A stretch of DNA of 64,000 nucleotides from Veleropilina oligotropha (Eukaryota). Position numbers and translations under genes: made by a program. How positions within the stretch are numbered: position 1 is the stretch's first letter; every line of letters starts with the position of its first letter. The stretch spans positions 124,001-188,000 of the forward strand of contig JBEUKZ010000101.1 in NCBI GenBank assembly GCA_048128005.1, written 5' to 3'. The notes under the pieces are model-generated. The model was not told the origin of the DNA. It saw only the letters and a program-made list of their open reading frames with translations, and made no database searches. Below, piece after piece: positions 49,976 to 61,550 of the stretch.

Positions 49976-50350
49976 TGAGACCTGGACATCTTATGTTTCA
50001 GGATATAGAGTATACGAAATACTCAATTCAAGAAGATTTGACAATGTGTAAGCAGGAACTGGATGATATAAGATAATACATTATCACATAAGGGATTTTC
50101 GAAAGAAGTCAAAAATTTATAATATATTATCAACAGTTGCTGACATTTGACAATGCTTGTGTGAATCCACTTCTCCTGCATTCTGCGAGTGCAAACACTA
50201 ATATTTATTAATCATTTTCACCATAATGTATGCATAAATTTCCTTATTTTGTCACTATTCGCACCCCTGACATATGTTTTTCTGATCAGATATGACCTTA
50301 CTCCTGTGATTCTGATTGCGATATGACTGGATAACTTCTATAACAGGTCT

Positions 50351-50817
50351 AACTAGAGGTATAATCCTCATACAGGCCCGCCTTTTGGATATATAAATCC
50401 ATAAAGAGGAAAATAATCAATAACTCTATATCTTCATAGTGCCATCTGGAACGGAAATACACGAAAATGACCTTGACCTTTGACCCAGAGACTCCATTTT
50501 TGAACTTAACCAAGGCCTGATGGTATACAAGGTGCATACCCAAGATGAAAGCTGTAGGTCCAGCGGTTCATCTTCTATGTGACAGAAAGCAATCTTCGAA
50601 GTGCCAGAACGGAAATACACGAAAATGACCTTGACCTTTGACCCAGCGACCCCATCTTTGAACTTGGGCTAGGCCTGATGGTATATAAGATGTATACCAA
50701 ATATGAAAGGAGTAAGTCCAGCGGTTCATCTTCTATGTGACAGAAAGCATCGGACGACGGACGGACGACGGACGCCAGTCCACGGCTATAGCCCTGCCTT
50801 TAGAAGGCGGGCCAAAA
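50351..50817 (+). mobile_element. HINE-like element
   Basis: AACTAG start, TGACCTTGACCTTTGACC core repeats, GACG tract, 3' hairpin GCCC.GCCTT...AAGGCGGGC. Confidence 0.65.
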
Positions 50818-50881
50818 ACAAACAATGTAATCAAAAACATTCAACTCAAAGAGAGGGGTATCATGGTCACCTAGAGATTAC

Positions 50882-50918
50882 CTTGCTATCTTCTCAGATG
50901 GACTCTGACTGCGAACAC
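50882..50918 (-). CDS. ATG2: ATG2 37-nt exon (GVRSQSPSEKIAR)
   Basis: TTTTCAG / AG|GTAAT sites; bridges phase 1 to phase 2 between flanking exons. Confidence 0.8.
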
Positions 50919-50949
50919 CTGAAAAGAAATAATACATAACATAGTATTA

Positions 50950-51106
50950 CTATATCAGTACATATGAAGGTTACAATGAACAGGTGCTCATATATCAGTA
51001 CATATGAAGGTTACAATGAACAGGTGCTCCTATATCAGTACATATGAAGGTTACAATGAACAGGTGCTCCTATATCAGTACATATGAAGGTTACAATGAA
51101 CAGGTG
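50950..51106. repeat. 40-bp tandem repeat, ~4 copies, just upstream of the 37-nt exon acceptor
   Basis: TATATCAGTACATATGAAGGTTACAATGAACAGGTGCTCM repeated. Confidence 0.9.
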
Positions 51107-51571
51107 ATCAAATACATGGCGGAGTATCACTCGGCAGTGCCGGGCCTCATTGAAAGCCTGGTTGGCAACAGACGTTATTTTTCAGCAGTGATTAAGAGAA
51201 ATACACAGTTTAGTTGCTCAAAGGGCAACGACGAACCTTTGAAATGTGATGAAATGCCAGTATGTTGAAAGAACAATCAGTTTGTAAAGAAATATCCTTT
51301 CTCAATAGAGTTCGAGCTATTGTACTTCAAAACATTATTTCCCAGAGTTCATAATTAATATTAAAAAAGTTATCACACAGTTTTGAAGATATTCACATTT
51401 CAAGTCAAAAGTTGATGCCAGTCGGACGGACGTACACCAGACAAAGCGGTGACAAAAATTGAAGGACATCTCCATGACAGTGCTCCCATGACATCATATC
51501 CTAACCTCACAACCACTGCAATAATTAACTCATAATTCCCCATATTTAAGAATGCTGCACATATTTCGCAC

Positions 51572-51788
51572 CTTTTTCATCCCGCTCATGTCCGACTCCG
51601 AAGTCCTTTCCTCCGTACATGCTCCAAACGACGGTGATTTCCTTGAGCGTGTATCTTTGTTCCGGAGCGGGGAAATGTTCCGGAGCCTTGAGTTGGTCTG
51701 CTCTCCCCAGTGGCTTATCAAAATGGTTGTCGATAATCTCGATGGGATCCTTGGTGAACGCCCTGATCGTAGGCTCGCCATCTCGCGG
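51572..51788 (-). CDS. ATG2: ATG2 exon (PRDGEPTIR...NHF..P....QLKAP..FP.P..RYTLKEITVVWSMYGGKDFG...)
   Basis: W..YGGKDFG hallmark, translated by hand; AG/GT. Confidence 0.95.
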
Positions 51789-51864
51789 CTAAAGTGTTAA
51801 AGACTAAAATATTTAATTATTATACATATGTATATTTTCCATGTAATAAATATTATCTTAGAAG

Positions 51865-52030
51865 GATGGTTGATAGGTTGGAAACATTTGTTTTACGACC
51901 ACTTTTGGCAAATTTTCACCTGTATCGTAGTCAGGACACCTGGTTTAAGGTTTCACTCCGATTTGACCGACACATTAGGGACATGCCATTTTAAGCGGTA
52001 GAACGAACTGCCGCTGGTTTCGAACCCAGA
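51865..52030 (-). mobile_element. SINE fragment (third family)
   Basis: B box GGTTCGAAAC on minus; similar to 155-260. Confidence 0.5.
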
Positions 52031-52164
52031 ACCAACAAACAGCTTCGCTACCTAAGATGTACAAAATGAAACTCGCCTGCCAGTTAGACTTTATTCCTGT
52101 GAATAGATCAAGTATTCTTTTCACTACTTTCATTATTTACTTTAATTAGCAAATCTTCAACCCG

Positions 52165-52637
52165 AAAGTAGAGGGAGTGTACCCCTCCCACGGTTGCCAT
52201 CTTGAATCCGATAATCGTTACACGGCGTGTTCACATCATAACTAATGTGCACCCAAATTTGAATCAAATCGGATTAGAAGTTTTCACGGTAGAGCGCGCA
52301 CAAGAAATCTCTTCAAACAAAATGGCTGCCATGTAGCAACCATCTTGAATCCGATAATCGTTACGCGGCATTCTCATCATACCTAACGTGCACCCAAATC
52401 GGATTCGAACTTTTCACTGTAGAGCACGCACAAGAAATCTCTTCAAACAAAATGGCTACAATGTGGAAACGATCTTGAATCCGAAAATGAGAAAAATAGT
52501 TAGGCGGCGTGTTCTCATCATAACTAACATGCATACAAAATTCATGGTAGAGCGCGCACAAGAAATCTCTGCGACGGCGGAAGTGGCTGAAGGGTGACTA
52601 AACCATACTTTCCCCGACTCTTGTCCGGGGATACAAT
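52165..52637 (+). mobile_element. HINE-like element
   Basis: GCCATCTTGAATCCGA core repeats; 3' hairpin TCCCCGAC...GTCCGGGGA then TACAA. Confidence 0.65.
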
Positions 52638-52802
52638 AGTTAACTATTCCAGGTTCCCACTCACCGAGATCCCCAGGCCGGGGTCGTCGATTGTCGGGGA
52701 TACAATAGTTAACTATTCCAGGTTCCCACTCACCGAGATCCCCAGGCCGGGGTCGTCGATTGTCGGGGATACAATAGTTAACTATTCCAAGTTCCCACTC
52801 AC

Positions 52803-52996
52803 CGAGATCCCCAGGCCGGGGTCGTCGATGATGCAGAACTCGTCGTCATCGCTGAACTGGCCCATCTTCTCAGACTCGTCACTCTGTGAGACGGTGATCT
52901 CCCTCAGCCCCAACGGCAACTTGGTCTGCTGCACGCCGTCTTGATCATGAGGCACGAAGTAAATCGATCGTTTGAGTTTGGTATCAGAATCAGCAC
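52803..52996 (-). CDS. ATG2: ATG2 exon (GADSDTK...DDDEFCIIDDPGLGIS)
   Basis: EFCI.D.PGLGI motif; AG/GTGAGT; phases consistent. Confidence 0.92.
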
Positions 52997-53077
52997 CTGA
53001 AGATTAACTTTTATCATAAATATATCTTTTTTCATAAATATATACAGCATATATACTATCTCTCTCGCTCTGAAAGT

Positions 53078-53337
53078 GGCCGCTTCGGCAGCGCAGTGGG
53101 TAGTGTGTCCACTCTAACATTCACTGGCTTGATTCCGCTAATGCGAACAGTAGTGGGTTCAATACCTGGCTGAGGCATTGAAATTTGTTCAAGTTATGAA
53201 TCACAGTTGTCCGTGACTGGCCGAAGAGGGCGGGTTTACCCGGGCGACCGGGGTTTCCTCCCGCGATAACACGGACATGTCCTGCCTTGAACCTCGATTT
53301 TGTAAATATACAGGACATTAAGCATCATTCCTCCTCC
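53078..53337 (+). mobile_element. tRNA-derived SINE family B, full length with TSD
   Basis: A-box-like GCAGCGCAGTGG, B box GGTTCAATACC, GGGTTTCCTCC core; flanking TCTGAAAGTG at 53069-53078 and 53340-53349. Confidence 0.9.
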
Positions 53338-53458
53338 TTTCTGAAAGTGTTACCGTCAAGCTGCCACTAGTGTTATCACTTACATATCATGTTCCCATTT
53401 AATTTGCCTTTGGGTATAATGATTTGTTTAACATCTACAGTCATTATTGAGACATGCC

Positions 53459-54945
53459 TTTATCACATATCTTGGTCATTGTCCCATAGTGCAACACCGT
53501 GTATTATTCGTCGTAAGACACGTGTGTAAAAGCCATATTGAAATGCGATTGGATGAATTAATGAATGAAATTAGAACAGCCAATAGAAATGCGTGTCACT
53601 AAAGGTCGAGCGCACTTCTTGTTTTACTACGTATAATATATTTACTATAATGTCATAAGGTTATTGCCGCCAATATTTTTAATGTTGACATTATGGCGGC
53701 GATAGTGGAAACATTTATAGCAACGGCCACAAAACAACAACATGGTAGAGATTATTGGAACTGATTTTGAGGTAACGAGAAGGCAGATGCAACAATCACA
53801 TTTATGCAGGTACGTAGGCTGCGATAGCAGACGTCAAATGACAGATTCAAACAGGTCAGCGACACCACAGGGGCCCGTAACGTTGCTTATCGTTCGTCTG
53901 TTTCCGTTTGACGATTGGCGCAGTTCATTGTTACTATATAATATAGACAAGGGAGGACACTAAGACGGGACACATCATGCATTTTCCCGACATTTCACTG
54001 AATTATTTCATTTGTCAAAAGATGTTGGTTCGAATATGTCAAATTCGGGAAGAAGGATCATATGTGTCCCGTTTATTTAGTTGTTGTTTACAAGAGAGAC
54101 TTATTAATTGTTTGCAAGAGGTATGTTAGTTCATTTTTCAATGTATTGTTTGTTGAACAACCTAGTTATCGATAGTGTCGACGCCGAGTGTTAAATACGC
54201 GTAATTTGCAATTTATTCGTCATGTTATCGAGTAGAGGGCAGCACACGCTGGTCATTGGTCACCATTCAAACCAACATCTTTTGACAAATGAAATAATTC
54301 AGTGAAATGTCGGGAAAATGCATGATGTGTCCCGTCTTAGTGTCGTCCCTTGTCTATATTATATAGTAACAATGAACTGCGCCAATCGTCAAACAGAAAC
54401 AGACGAACGATAAGCAACGTTACGGGCCCCTGTGGGCGACACAGTCATATATATCCCACGTTATTGTCTTTGGCAGATAGTTTTAAATCTTAATGAAAAT
54501 TGTTATTATAATATGTTCATATAGTTTATATAAAGTTATATCTGTTCATTTTCAAAGAATATTTGGTAGTTATTAATGTCAATTAATCAACTACGCTCGC
54601 ACTCTTTTTAGAGGGCGTGGTTATACTAATTTATGTAATGAGTCAACACGATGGCTTTTTGCATTAAACTGTTTACATATCACTACGCCGTAATGTCGCC
54701 TTCACTCTACAGCTTATTTTTTTCGTAACGGTAAGGCAATTTCGTGAGTTTGTAGTTTGTTTCCTACCATAGATCGATATGTGATAAATAGAACCTCACA
54801 CTCGTGATAATGTAATATCACATTTATGAAACTCGTTTAACTAATTTTCATATTTTCCGCGGCAAGCCTCGGAAAATATGAAAATTAGTTAAACTCGTTT
54901 CATAAATGTGATATTACATTTACCACTCATGTGAGATCCTCTATA
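53459..54945 (+). mobile_element. Second palindrome-ended (Crypton-like) non-autonomous element containing a MITE
   Basis: Both ends match 33532-34215. Confidence 0.6.
53866..54434. mobile_element. MITE with ~165-bp TIRs and 8-bp TSD (P- or hAT-type)
   Basis: TIRs 53866-54030 and 54270-54434 starting CACAGGGGCCCG; flanks AGCGACAC / GGCGACAC. Confidence 0.85.
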
Positions 54946-55215
54946 TATGAGAGCAAATCTGGATGATCACCATGGACGCCACTGCACTGAATTCCTGCAT
55001 TGTGTCTGCCTATTAGTATGCATTACCTGTTACCATAGACACCACTGTGCTAGATTCCTGCATTGCATCGGCTCATTAGTATGCATTACCTGTTACCATA
55101 GACGCCACTACGCTGGATTCCTGCATTGCATCGGCTCATTAGTATGCATTACCTGTTGCCATGGACACCACTGCACTGAATTCTTGCATTGCGTCGGCTC
55201 ATTAATATTCATTAC

Positions 55216-55330
55216 CTGTTACCATGGACGCCACCGCGCTGGATTCCTGCATGGCGTCCGCCATCAGCGTGTTGACTTGATCCTCATTGGACGTTGACAT
55301 GGGGTCGTCGCCCAGGTCGGTTTTCACAAT
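55216..55330 (-). CDS. ATG2: ATG2 exon (IVKTDLGDD...LMADAMQESSAVASMVT)
   Basis: LM.DAM.E motif; phase 0 in, phase 1 out fits neighbours. Confidence 0.88.
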
Positions 55331-55794
55331 CTTAATAAATAAGAATAATGTTGAATTTAAAAATATAGAAAGCACAAAAACAAGCCACAAAATGCAATTG
55401 AAACATTGGACCCTGCCCTCTGACTGAAAGGTTCAAATATATAGTACTCATTACACAATTTAATGACACTAGGAAATAAGTCTGTGTAGTGTAACTATAA
55501 TGAGATGGGCGAAGTAAAAAAAATTAAGACAAGAGGTAACACTTGCAATTGACTACTTCTGGATCAGTCAGTAATAACCACTTGCAAAGTTAGTGCTTAT
55601 GACAATGCAAGCAGTAATCAAAATTTTGTGAAAACGTGTCAAAATAATTTGATCCTACTATTCGTCTTGTAGGTAGTAAATACAATTTGAAAAACATCTT
55701 TCTTACGATAATAATATAAATGTATGAACGCTTGCTCTTCAGATTTACAAAGTGCCGTTTCCATCAAACAATCTAACATGTTGATAATTTTCAC

Positions 55795-55989
55795 CTGCGC
55801 TGTGGATGCATCTTTCGTAAAGTTTCCTCCGTGAATGCTATTCGTAGGCGTGGCGGCTTCCGATGGCGGTTCCATATCTTTGTCTCCGGCGAAGTACTGG
55901 ATCAGCTCCATGACAGCCTTGCAAGAATCGGAGCACGTCCTCACGTTCAGTCGATTGTTGGACACACGAAGGTCGGTTTTAGGAAATCG
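55795..55989 (-). CDS. ATG2: ATG2 exon (RFPKTDLRVSNNRLNVRTCSDSCKAVMELIQYFAGDKD...)
   Basis: RTCSDSC motif; 195 nt. Confidence 0.96.
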
Positions 55990-56271
55990 CTGAAATTTGA
56001 ACAAATGCTTTCGTGATGAATGCAGAATTGTAACTAACAACAACATACATTCACCCTATTAGCTAGCAGGCTCAACTGTCCACATGATGGTCCAGTAACT
56101 GTGGACCACTCAAGGTGATGTAGGATTTGATGATAGGTAACGTGACAATGTCCTTGCTGATATGCCCACTGAGATGTATCAAGAATATCCTTTGCTCGTT
56201 GAAGACTGAAACATCAGGTACAACAAATTTAGAGAAACTAAAACAGTTTTTAAATTCAAAATTATTCGGTA

Positions 56272-58870
56272 ATGAATTACTTGGTACGTATCTCAGAACT
56301 TAAGGTAGAAGAAGTATCAGGTTACCTGAAGAAACTAAATATTAGTAAAGCAACTGGGCTAGATGAAATAGGACCTAAGTTACTTCAGATGTCAGCGGAC
56401 ATTATAGCACCCTCACTAACCTATATCTTTAATATGTCAATAAACCTGTCTATTTTTCCTAATTCTATGAAACATGCAAGAATTATGCCTATTCATAAGA
56501 AGGGAGATAAAACAAAGCCGGAAAATTATCGCCCAATATCTATTTTACCTACTCTTTCTAAAATTTTAGAACTCCATGTATCGGGGAACCTTTTAGATTA
56601 CCTAAATAAATTTGAACTTCTACAATCATCACAATCAGGTTTTCGTCCAAATCATTCTTGCCAAACTGCACTTATAAAAATGACAGATGAATGGCTGCAA
56701 TCAATGGACACATTACATGTTGTGCATTTATTGACTTACAGAAGGCTTTTGATTTAGTCGATCATGATATCCTTCTGAACTAGAAATGTGTCCATCGGAC
56801 ACGGATGCCCCCACTGGCAGCCTTGACCATAGGGGCAGTGTACAAAGTATGAAGTCAATCCATGAAGGCAAATAGAAGTTATAGCAGATTGGAGTTGCTT
56901 ACACGCAAATACTGGTTCGAAGAGCTAAGTCATTTGACCTTGACCTTGGCCATACGGCGACATGGATGGGTCGCAGAAGCGAAGCATGAATGATGATAAG
57001 CAAGTGTACAAAGTATAAAGTGAATCCATGAAGGCAAATAGAAGTTATAGCAGATTGGAGTTGCTTACACGCAAATACTGGTTTGAAGAGCTAAGTCATT
57101 TGACCTTCACCTTGGCCATACGGCGACATGGATGGGTCGCAGAAGCGAAGGATGAATGATGATAAACAAGTGTACAAAACATCAAGTCAATCAATGAAGG
57201 CAAATAGAAGTTATAGCAGATTGGAGTTGCTTACACGCAAATACTGGTTCGAAGAGCTAAGTCATTTGACCTTGACCTTGGCCATACGGCGACATGGATG
57301 GGTCGCAGAAGCGAAGCATGAATGATGATAAGCAAGTGTACAAAGTATAAAGTCAATCCATGAAGGCAAATAGAAGTTATAGCAGATTGGAGTTGCTTAC
57401 ACGCAAATACTGGTTTCGGGACGGACGGACGGGACGGACGGACGGGACGGACGGACGGGACGGACGGACGGGACGGACGGACGGGACGGACAAGAGTAAA
57501 TCTAAATGCCACCCCAATAAATTGGTGGTGGCATAAAAAACTCATTACATGTATATGGACTTTCCATGCCAACTTGATCCTGGTTTCAGTCTTATCTCTC
57601 AGACAGGAAGCAGTGTGTATGCATAGAAAATGCAAAATCTCAATATAACGATATTACTTATGGTGTTCCGCAAGGTTCAATTTTGGGACCAACACTTTTC
57701 CTAATATTTATCAATGATCTTCCCCTTGATATAAAATCGTCAATTACAAACCTTTATGCAGACGACACAACACTTCACAAATCTGGCCCTGACTATGCCA
57801 TGTTCATTTAAGATCTTACATCAGATATAATCAAAGCAAATAAATGGTGCATGACAAATGGAATGTTAATAAACACTAACAAACAATGACAATAGGGACC
57901 CAACAAAAACTATGCCATACAAAGGAAAAACCAAATATAGCCCTTGATGGACCTGAAATTGAATATGTAAAATGCTATAAACTCTTAGGTGTGCATGTTG
58001 ATGAAATTCTTTCCTGGAAAGCTCATATTAAGCATGTCTGTTCTTTAGTCTCATCTAGGGTTACACTTCTTCAACGAATTAAAAAATATCTACCAATTAA
58101 ACTAAGATTACTCTTTTATAACAGTTATATTTTACCGAATATAGACTATTGTTGCGCTGTTTGGGGAAATGGTTAGAGTGAATCACTTGATTGCATTGAA
58201 AAAATTCAAAAACGAGCAGCGAGAGTCATTCTTGATGCTCCCTATGATTCTCCTAGTAATGATTTCTTCATAAAATTGGGATGGCTTCACATAAAAGATA
58301 GAATTTCTTTACAAAAAGGAATTCTTATGTATAAAGTTATGGAAAACTCAGCTCCTCAATATCTCCAATCAAAATTTAAGTACACGTCAGAAACATGTAT
58401 TAAGCAAACACGATCTGTAACATTCAATAAATTATCCCTGCCAAAACCTAACACAAACTCGTTAAAAAGAACTTTTCAATACTCTGGAGCTCAACTTTGG
58501 AATAAATTACCTCAAACCGTACAAAAATCAGAAAACATTAATGTTTTTAAGAAATCAATACGGCCTTATCTTTAAATAAACACCATTCTCCAGGAACAAA
58601 TTTTACTGTACATGTATGCATACTAAATATTAATGTGTCTTAATTTATATACATATAAATTTATATGGCTACCTTCTTAATTATTACCTTATTTATATAA
58701 TTGTTTGTCATTTAATATTGCTTGCATACTTATATATTGTATTTCAGTGTTTTCTATGATTAGTATGACTTTTTTGCCTACTTTGTATTATTGTATTATT
58801 GTGGAGGGATTCAGGGAAGATTGGCTACTGTGGCTAACTGTTCTCCCTTTGTAAATAAAGCTTATTATTA
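56272..58870 (+). mobile_element. Decayed CR1/L2-group LINE (RT region to 3' tail) split by a HINE-like insertion
   Basis: KATGLDEI, NYRPISILP, QSGFR, AFDLVDH, GVPQGSILGP, YADDT, DYC..VWG, QKRAAR, WNKLP; 3' end resembles 36920-36990. Confidence 0.92.
56778..57535 (+). mobile_element. HINE-like element with 166-bp internal repeats
   Basis: AACTAG start, ~3.5 x 166-bp repeats, (GGAC)n tract, ATGCCACC...GGTGGCAT hairpin. Confidence 0.82.
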
Positions 58871-59339
58871 GAGTACTGTATAACAACTCTTAATTACAGC
58901 ACCAGCACGGCTGGCTAAACATTTGAAACATTGTATACTTTCAACAGTACATCACAGGAACATGAAATTGCTAAATCAACAATTATTCCCCATCAACAGA
59001 ACACCAGCATTTTCTTAAAGTTGAGATAAAAGTTATCATGAAATTTTTCTGAATTAAATTAAGCTTTTTGATCCTTATTTCAAAAAAGGTATTCTTGACA
59101 CAATAATAGACATTACACTTATTCAAGTAAAATATGCCGTTGAGTAGGGAGGTAGGTGCCTGCGCTTTAGTAAAAATGAAAAAAAATATTCGACAAAGAA
59201 TCCCCCAACTGAATGATAATTGTAGTGAGTAAATAATAAGCAAAAATCGACAAATACGAAAAATAGCCTAATAAGAATCGTGCTTAACAGTTTTTACACC
59301 CTCAATAAAGCCTCCCGCTTGAAATGACCTCTTGTTGCA

Positions 59340-59708
59340 GAACATTGCACTGATGTCTACCAAGTAATTGATCGTTAGCCTACCTGAACATTACACCGAT
59401 GTCTACCTAGTAATTGATCGTTAGCCTACCTGAACATTACACCGATGTCTACCTAGTAATTGATCGTTAGCCTACCTGAACATTACACCGATGTCTACCT
59501 AGTAATTGATCGTTAGCCTACCTGAACATTACACCGATGTCTACCTAGTAATTGATCGTTAGCCTACCTGAACATTACACCGATGTCTACCTAGTAATTG
59601 ATCGTTAGCCTACCTGAACATTACACCGATGTCTACCTAGTAATTGATCGTTAGCCTACCTGAACATTACACCGATGTCTACCTAGTAATTGATCGTTAG
59701 CCTACCTG
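59340..59708 (-). repeat. 46-bp minisatellite starting at an ATG2 donor site (~8 copies)
   Basis: Direct tandem repeat containing CAG|GTAGG. Confidence 0.93.
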
Positions 59709-59773
59709 ATCTTTACCATCACTGGACTTCAAAGACAATTCAAAGCGTTCCATGTCAGCAACGCACACATAAT
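59706..59773 (-). CDS. ATG2: ATG2 exon (DYVCVADMERFELSLKSSDGKDQ)
   Basis: DYVCV.D...EL motif; AG/GT. Confidence 0.93.
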
Positions 59774-59896
59774 CTGAAAAGATCAGAGAGTATCAACAAT
59801 ACAGAAATAAATTTTTACAGTGAAAACATAAATGTCTGATGACCTTGAATAGGTTGTAGAATGTGCAATTATTTCAGTTTGGATTTTAATTTAAAA

Positions 59897-60130
59897 TGGA
59901 TGGATTGATGCTTGTCCTGTATATTTACAAACATCAAGTTCAAGGCAGGACACGTTCATAGTATAGCAAGAGGAGAACCCGGGAAACCCGCCCAGTTAAG
60001 GACAACTGCGATTGATAACTGAACAAAGAATGTTAATGTCCCAGCCGAGATTGGAACCCACTCCTCTCAGCACAATCGACCCAGTGATTTCAGAGTCGGC
60101 ACCCCATACCACATGACAACCGGGGTGGAC
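59897..60130 (-). mobile_element. tRNA-derived SINE family B, diverged
   Basis: TGTCCTGTATATTTACA...GTTCAAGGCAGGACA similarity. Confidence 0.65.
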
Positions 60131-60239
60131 GAATTAATAATGGGCACGAGTGTAATGGATGAATACTGACTAGTACAAATATGATTGTAAAAAATTGTTG
60201 ATGATGACAAAAGGATCTTTTCAAAATAAATTCACACAC

Positions 60240-60316
60240 CTTGCCTCAGATCAGGTCTTGCAGATTGGATTTGGCACTTATCTGATATGTACAAAGCGGC
60301 ATCATCTAAAATAAAC
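60240..60316 (-). CDS. ATG2: ATG2 exon (FILDDAALYISDKCQIQSARPDLRQ)
   Basis: FILDD.ALY.SDKC motif, translated by hand; phases consistent. Confidence 0.93.
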
Positions 60317-60537
60317 CTAAAAAAAGATGGATGAATTGTAAATTGCTAAGCATAAGCTATCTTTAACAGATACACTTTTGTTTTATTTAGCATCATTAAA
60401 CATGTTTCATCATGGACTTACTCTTAACTCGAAATTAAAACAATGCAAAATATCAGTCTCTTTAATTAATTTTTGAAACATTTTCCAACGATCTCACATG
60501 CAAGATGTCGTCATCAAGCATCCGGAGCTGATAATAC

Positions 60538-60630
60538 CTGAGTAACGAAGTTGTCGATTCTGCGACGATGTTGCTGGAGAGGGTGAAGGCTTCAGCTGTG
60601 AGGACGGCCTTCAGCGGCAAATACAGGGGT
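60538..60630 (-). CDS. ATG2: ATG2 exon (RPLYLPLKAVLTAEAFTLSSNIVAESTTSLLR), most 5' exon seen
   Basis: RPLYLP...T.E.F..SS motif; AG/GT. Confidence 0.94.
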
Positions 60631-61440
60631 CTGAAAGACAACGCAGAGACATTTAGAAAACAGAGACAAAGAGAGCATGTAGAGGGGTCTGAAGAGAGAA
60701 TGCACAGACATGTGGAAAGCACAGACATATGGATGAGGGTCTGAAGAGAGAATGCACAGACATGTGGAAAGCAGAGACATATGGATGAGGGTCTGAAGAG
60801 AGCAGAGACATATGGATGAGGGTCTGAAGAGAGAATGCACAGACATGTGGAAAGCACAGACATATGGATGAGGGTCTGAAGAGAGAATGCACAGACATGT
60901 GGAAAGCAGAGACATATGGATGAGGGTCTGAAGAGAGAATGCACAGACATGTGGAAAGCAGAGACATATGGATGAGGGTCTGAAGAGAGAATGCACAGAC
61001 ATGTGGAAAGCACAGACATATGGATGAGGGTCTGAAGAGAGAATGCACAGACATGTGGAAAGCAGAGACATATGGATGAGGGTCTGAAGAGAGAATGCAC
61101 AGACATGTGGAAAGCACAGACATATGGATGAGGGTCTGAAGAGAGAATGCACAGACATGTGGAAAGCAGAGACATATGGATGAGGGTCTGAAGAGAGAAT
61201 GCACAGACATGTGGAAAGCACAGACATATGGATGAGGGTCTGAAGAGAGAATGCACAGACATGTGGAAAGCACAGACATATGGATGAGGGTCTGAAGAGA
61301 GAATGCACAGACAGGTACATAACAGAGACATACGGAGCAGATAGAGTGGTCTAAAAAGAGAAACACATGGACATGTGGAAAACAGAGATATCCAGAGAAG
61401 GTAGAAGGGCCTGAAGATGCAATGCAGAGACATATGGAAT
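60626..61440 (-). repeat. 52-bp minisatellite made from an ATG2 acceptor junction
   Basis: Units contain CATTCTCTCTTCAG|ACCC; the true site is GTCTTTCAG|ACCCC. Confidence 0.92.
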
Positions 61441-61550
61441 GGAATGACTCAAACACATTAACAATTCTTAATCTATTGTTGCGATGTCATGTTATTGTCT
61501 TGTTATATAACTAAGTCGGTTATATCCCTCGGTTATTGTTGTCTAATCGT

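Noticed and set aside
60495..60537. Extension of the exon (YYQLRMLDDDILHV) as ATG2 coding sequence
   Set aside because: The true continuation FILDDAALYISDKC is the separate exon 60240-60316 with correct phase
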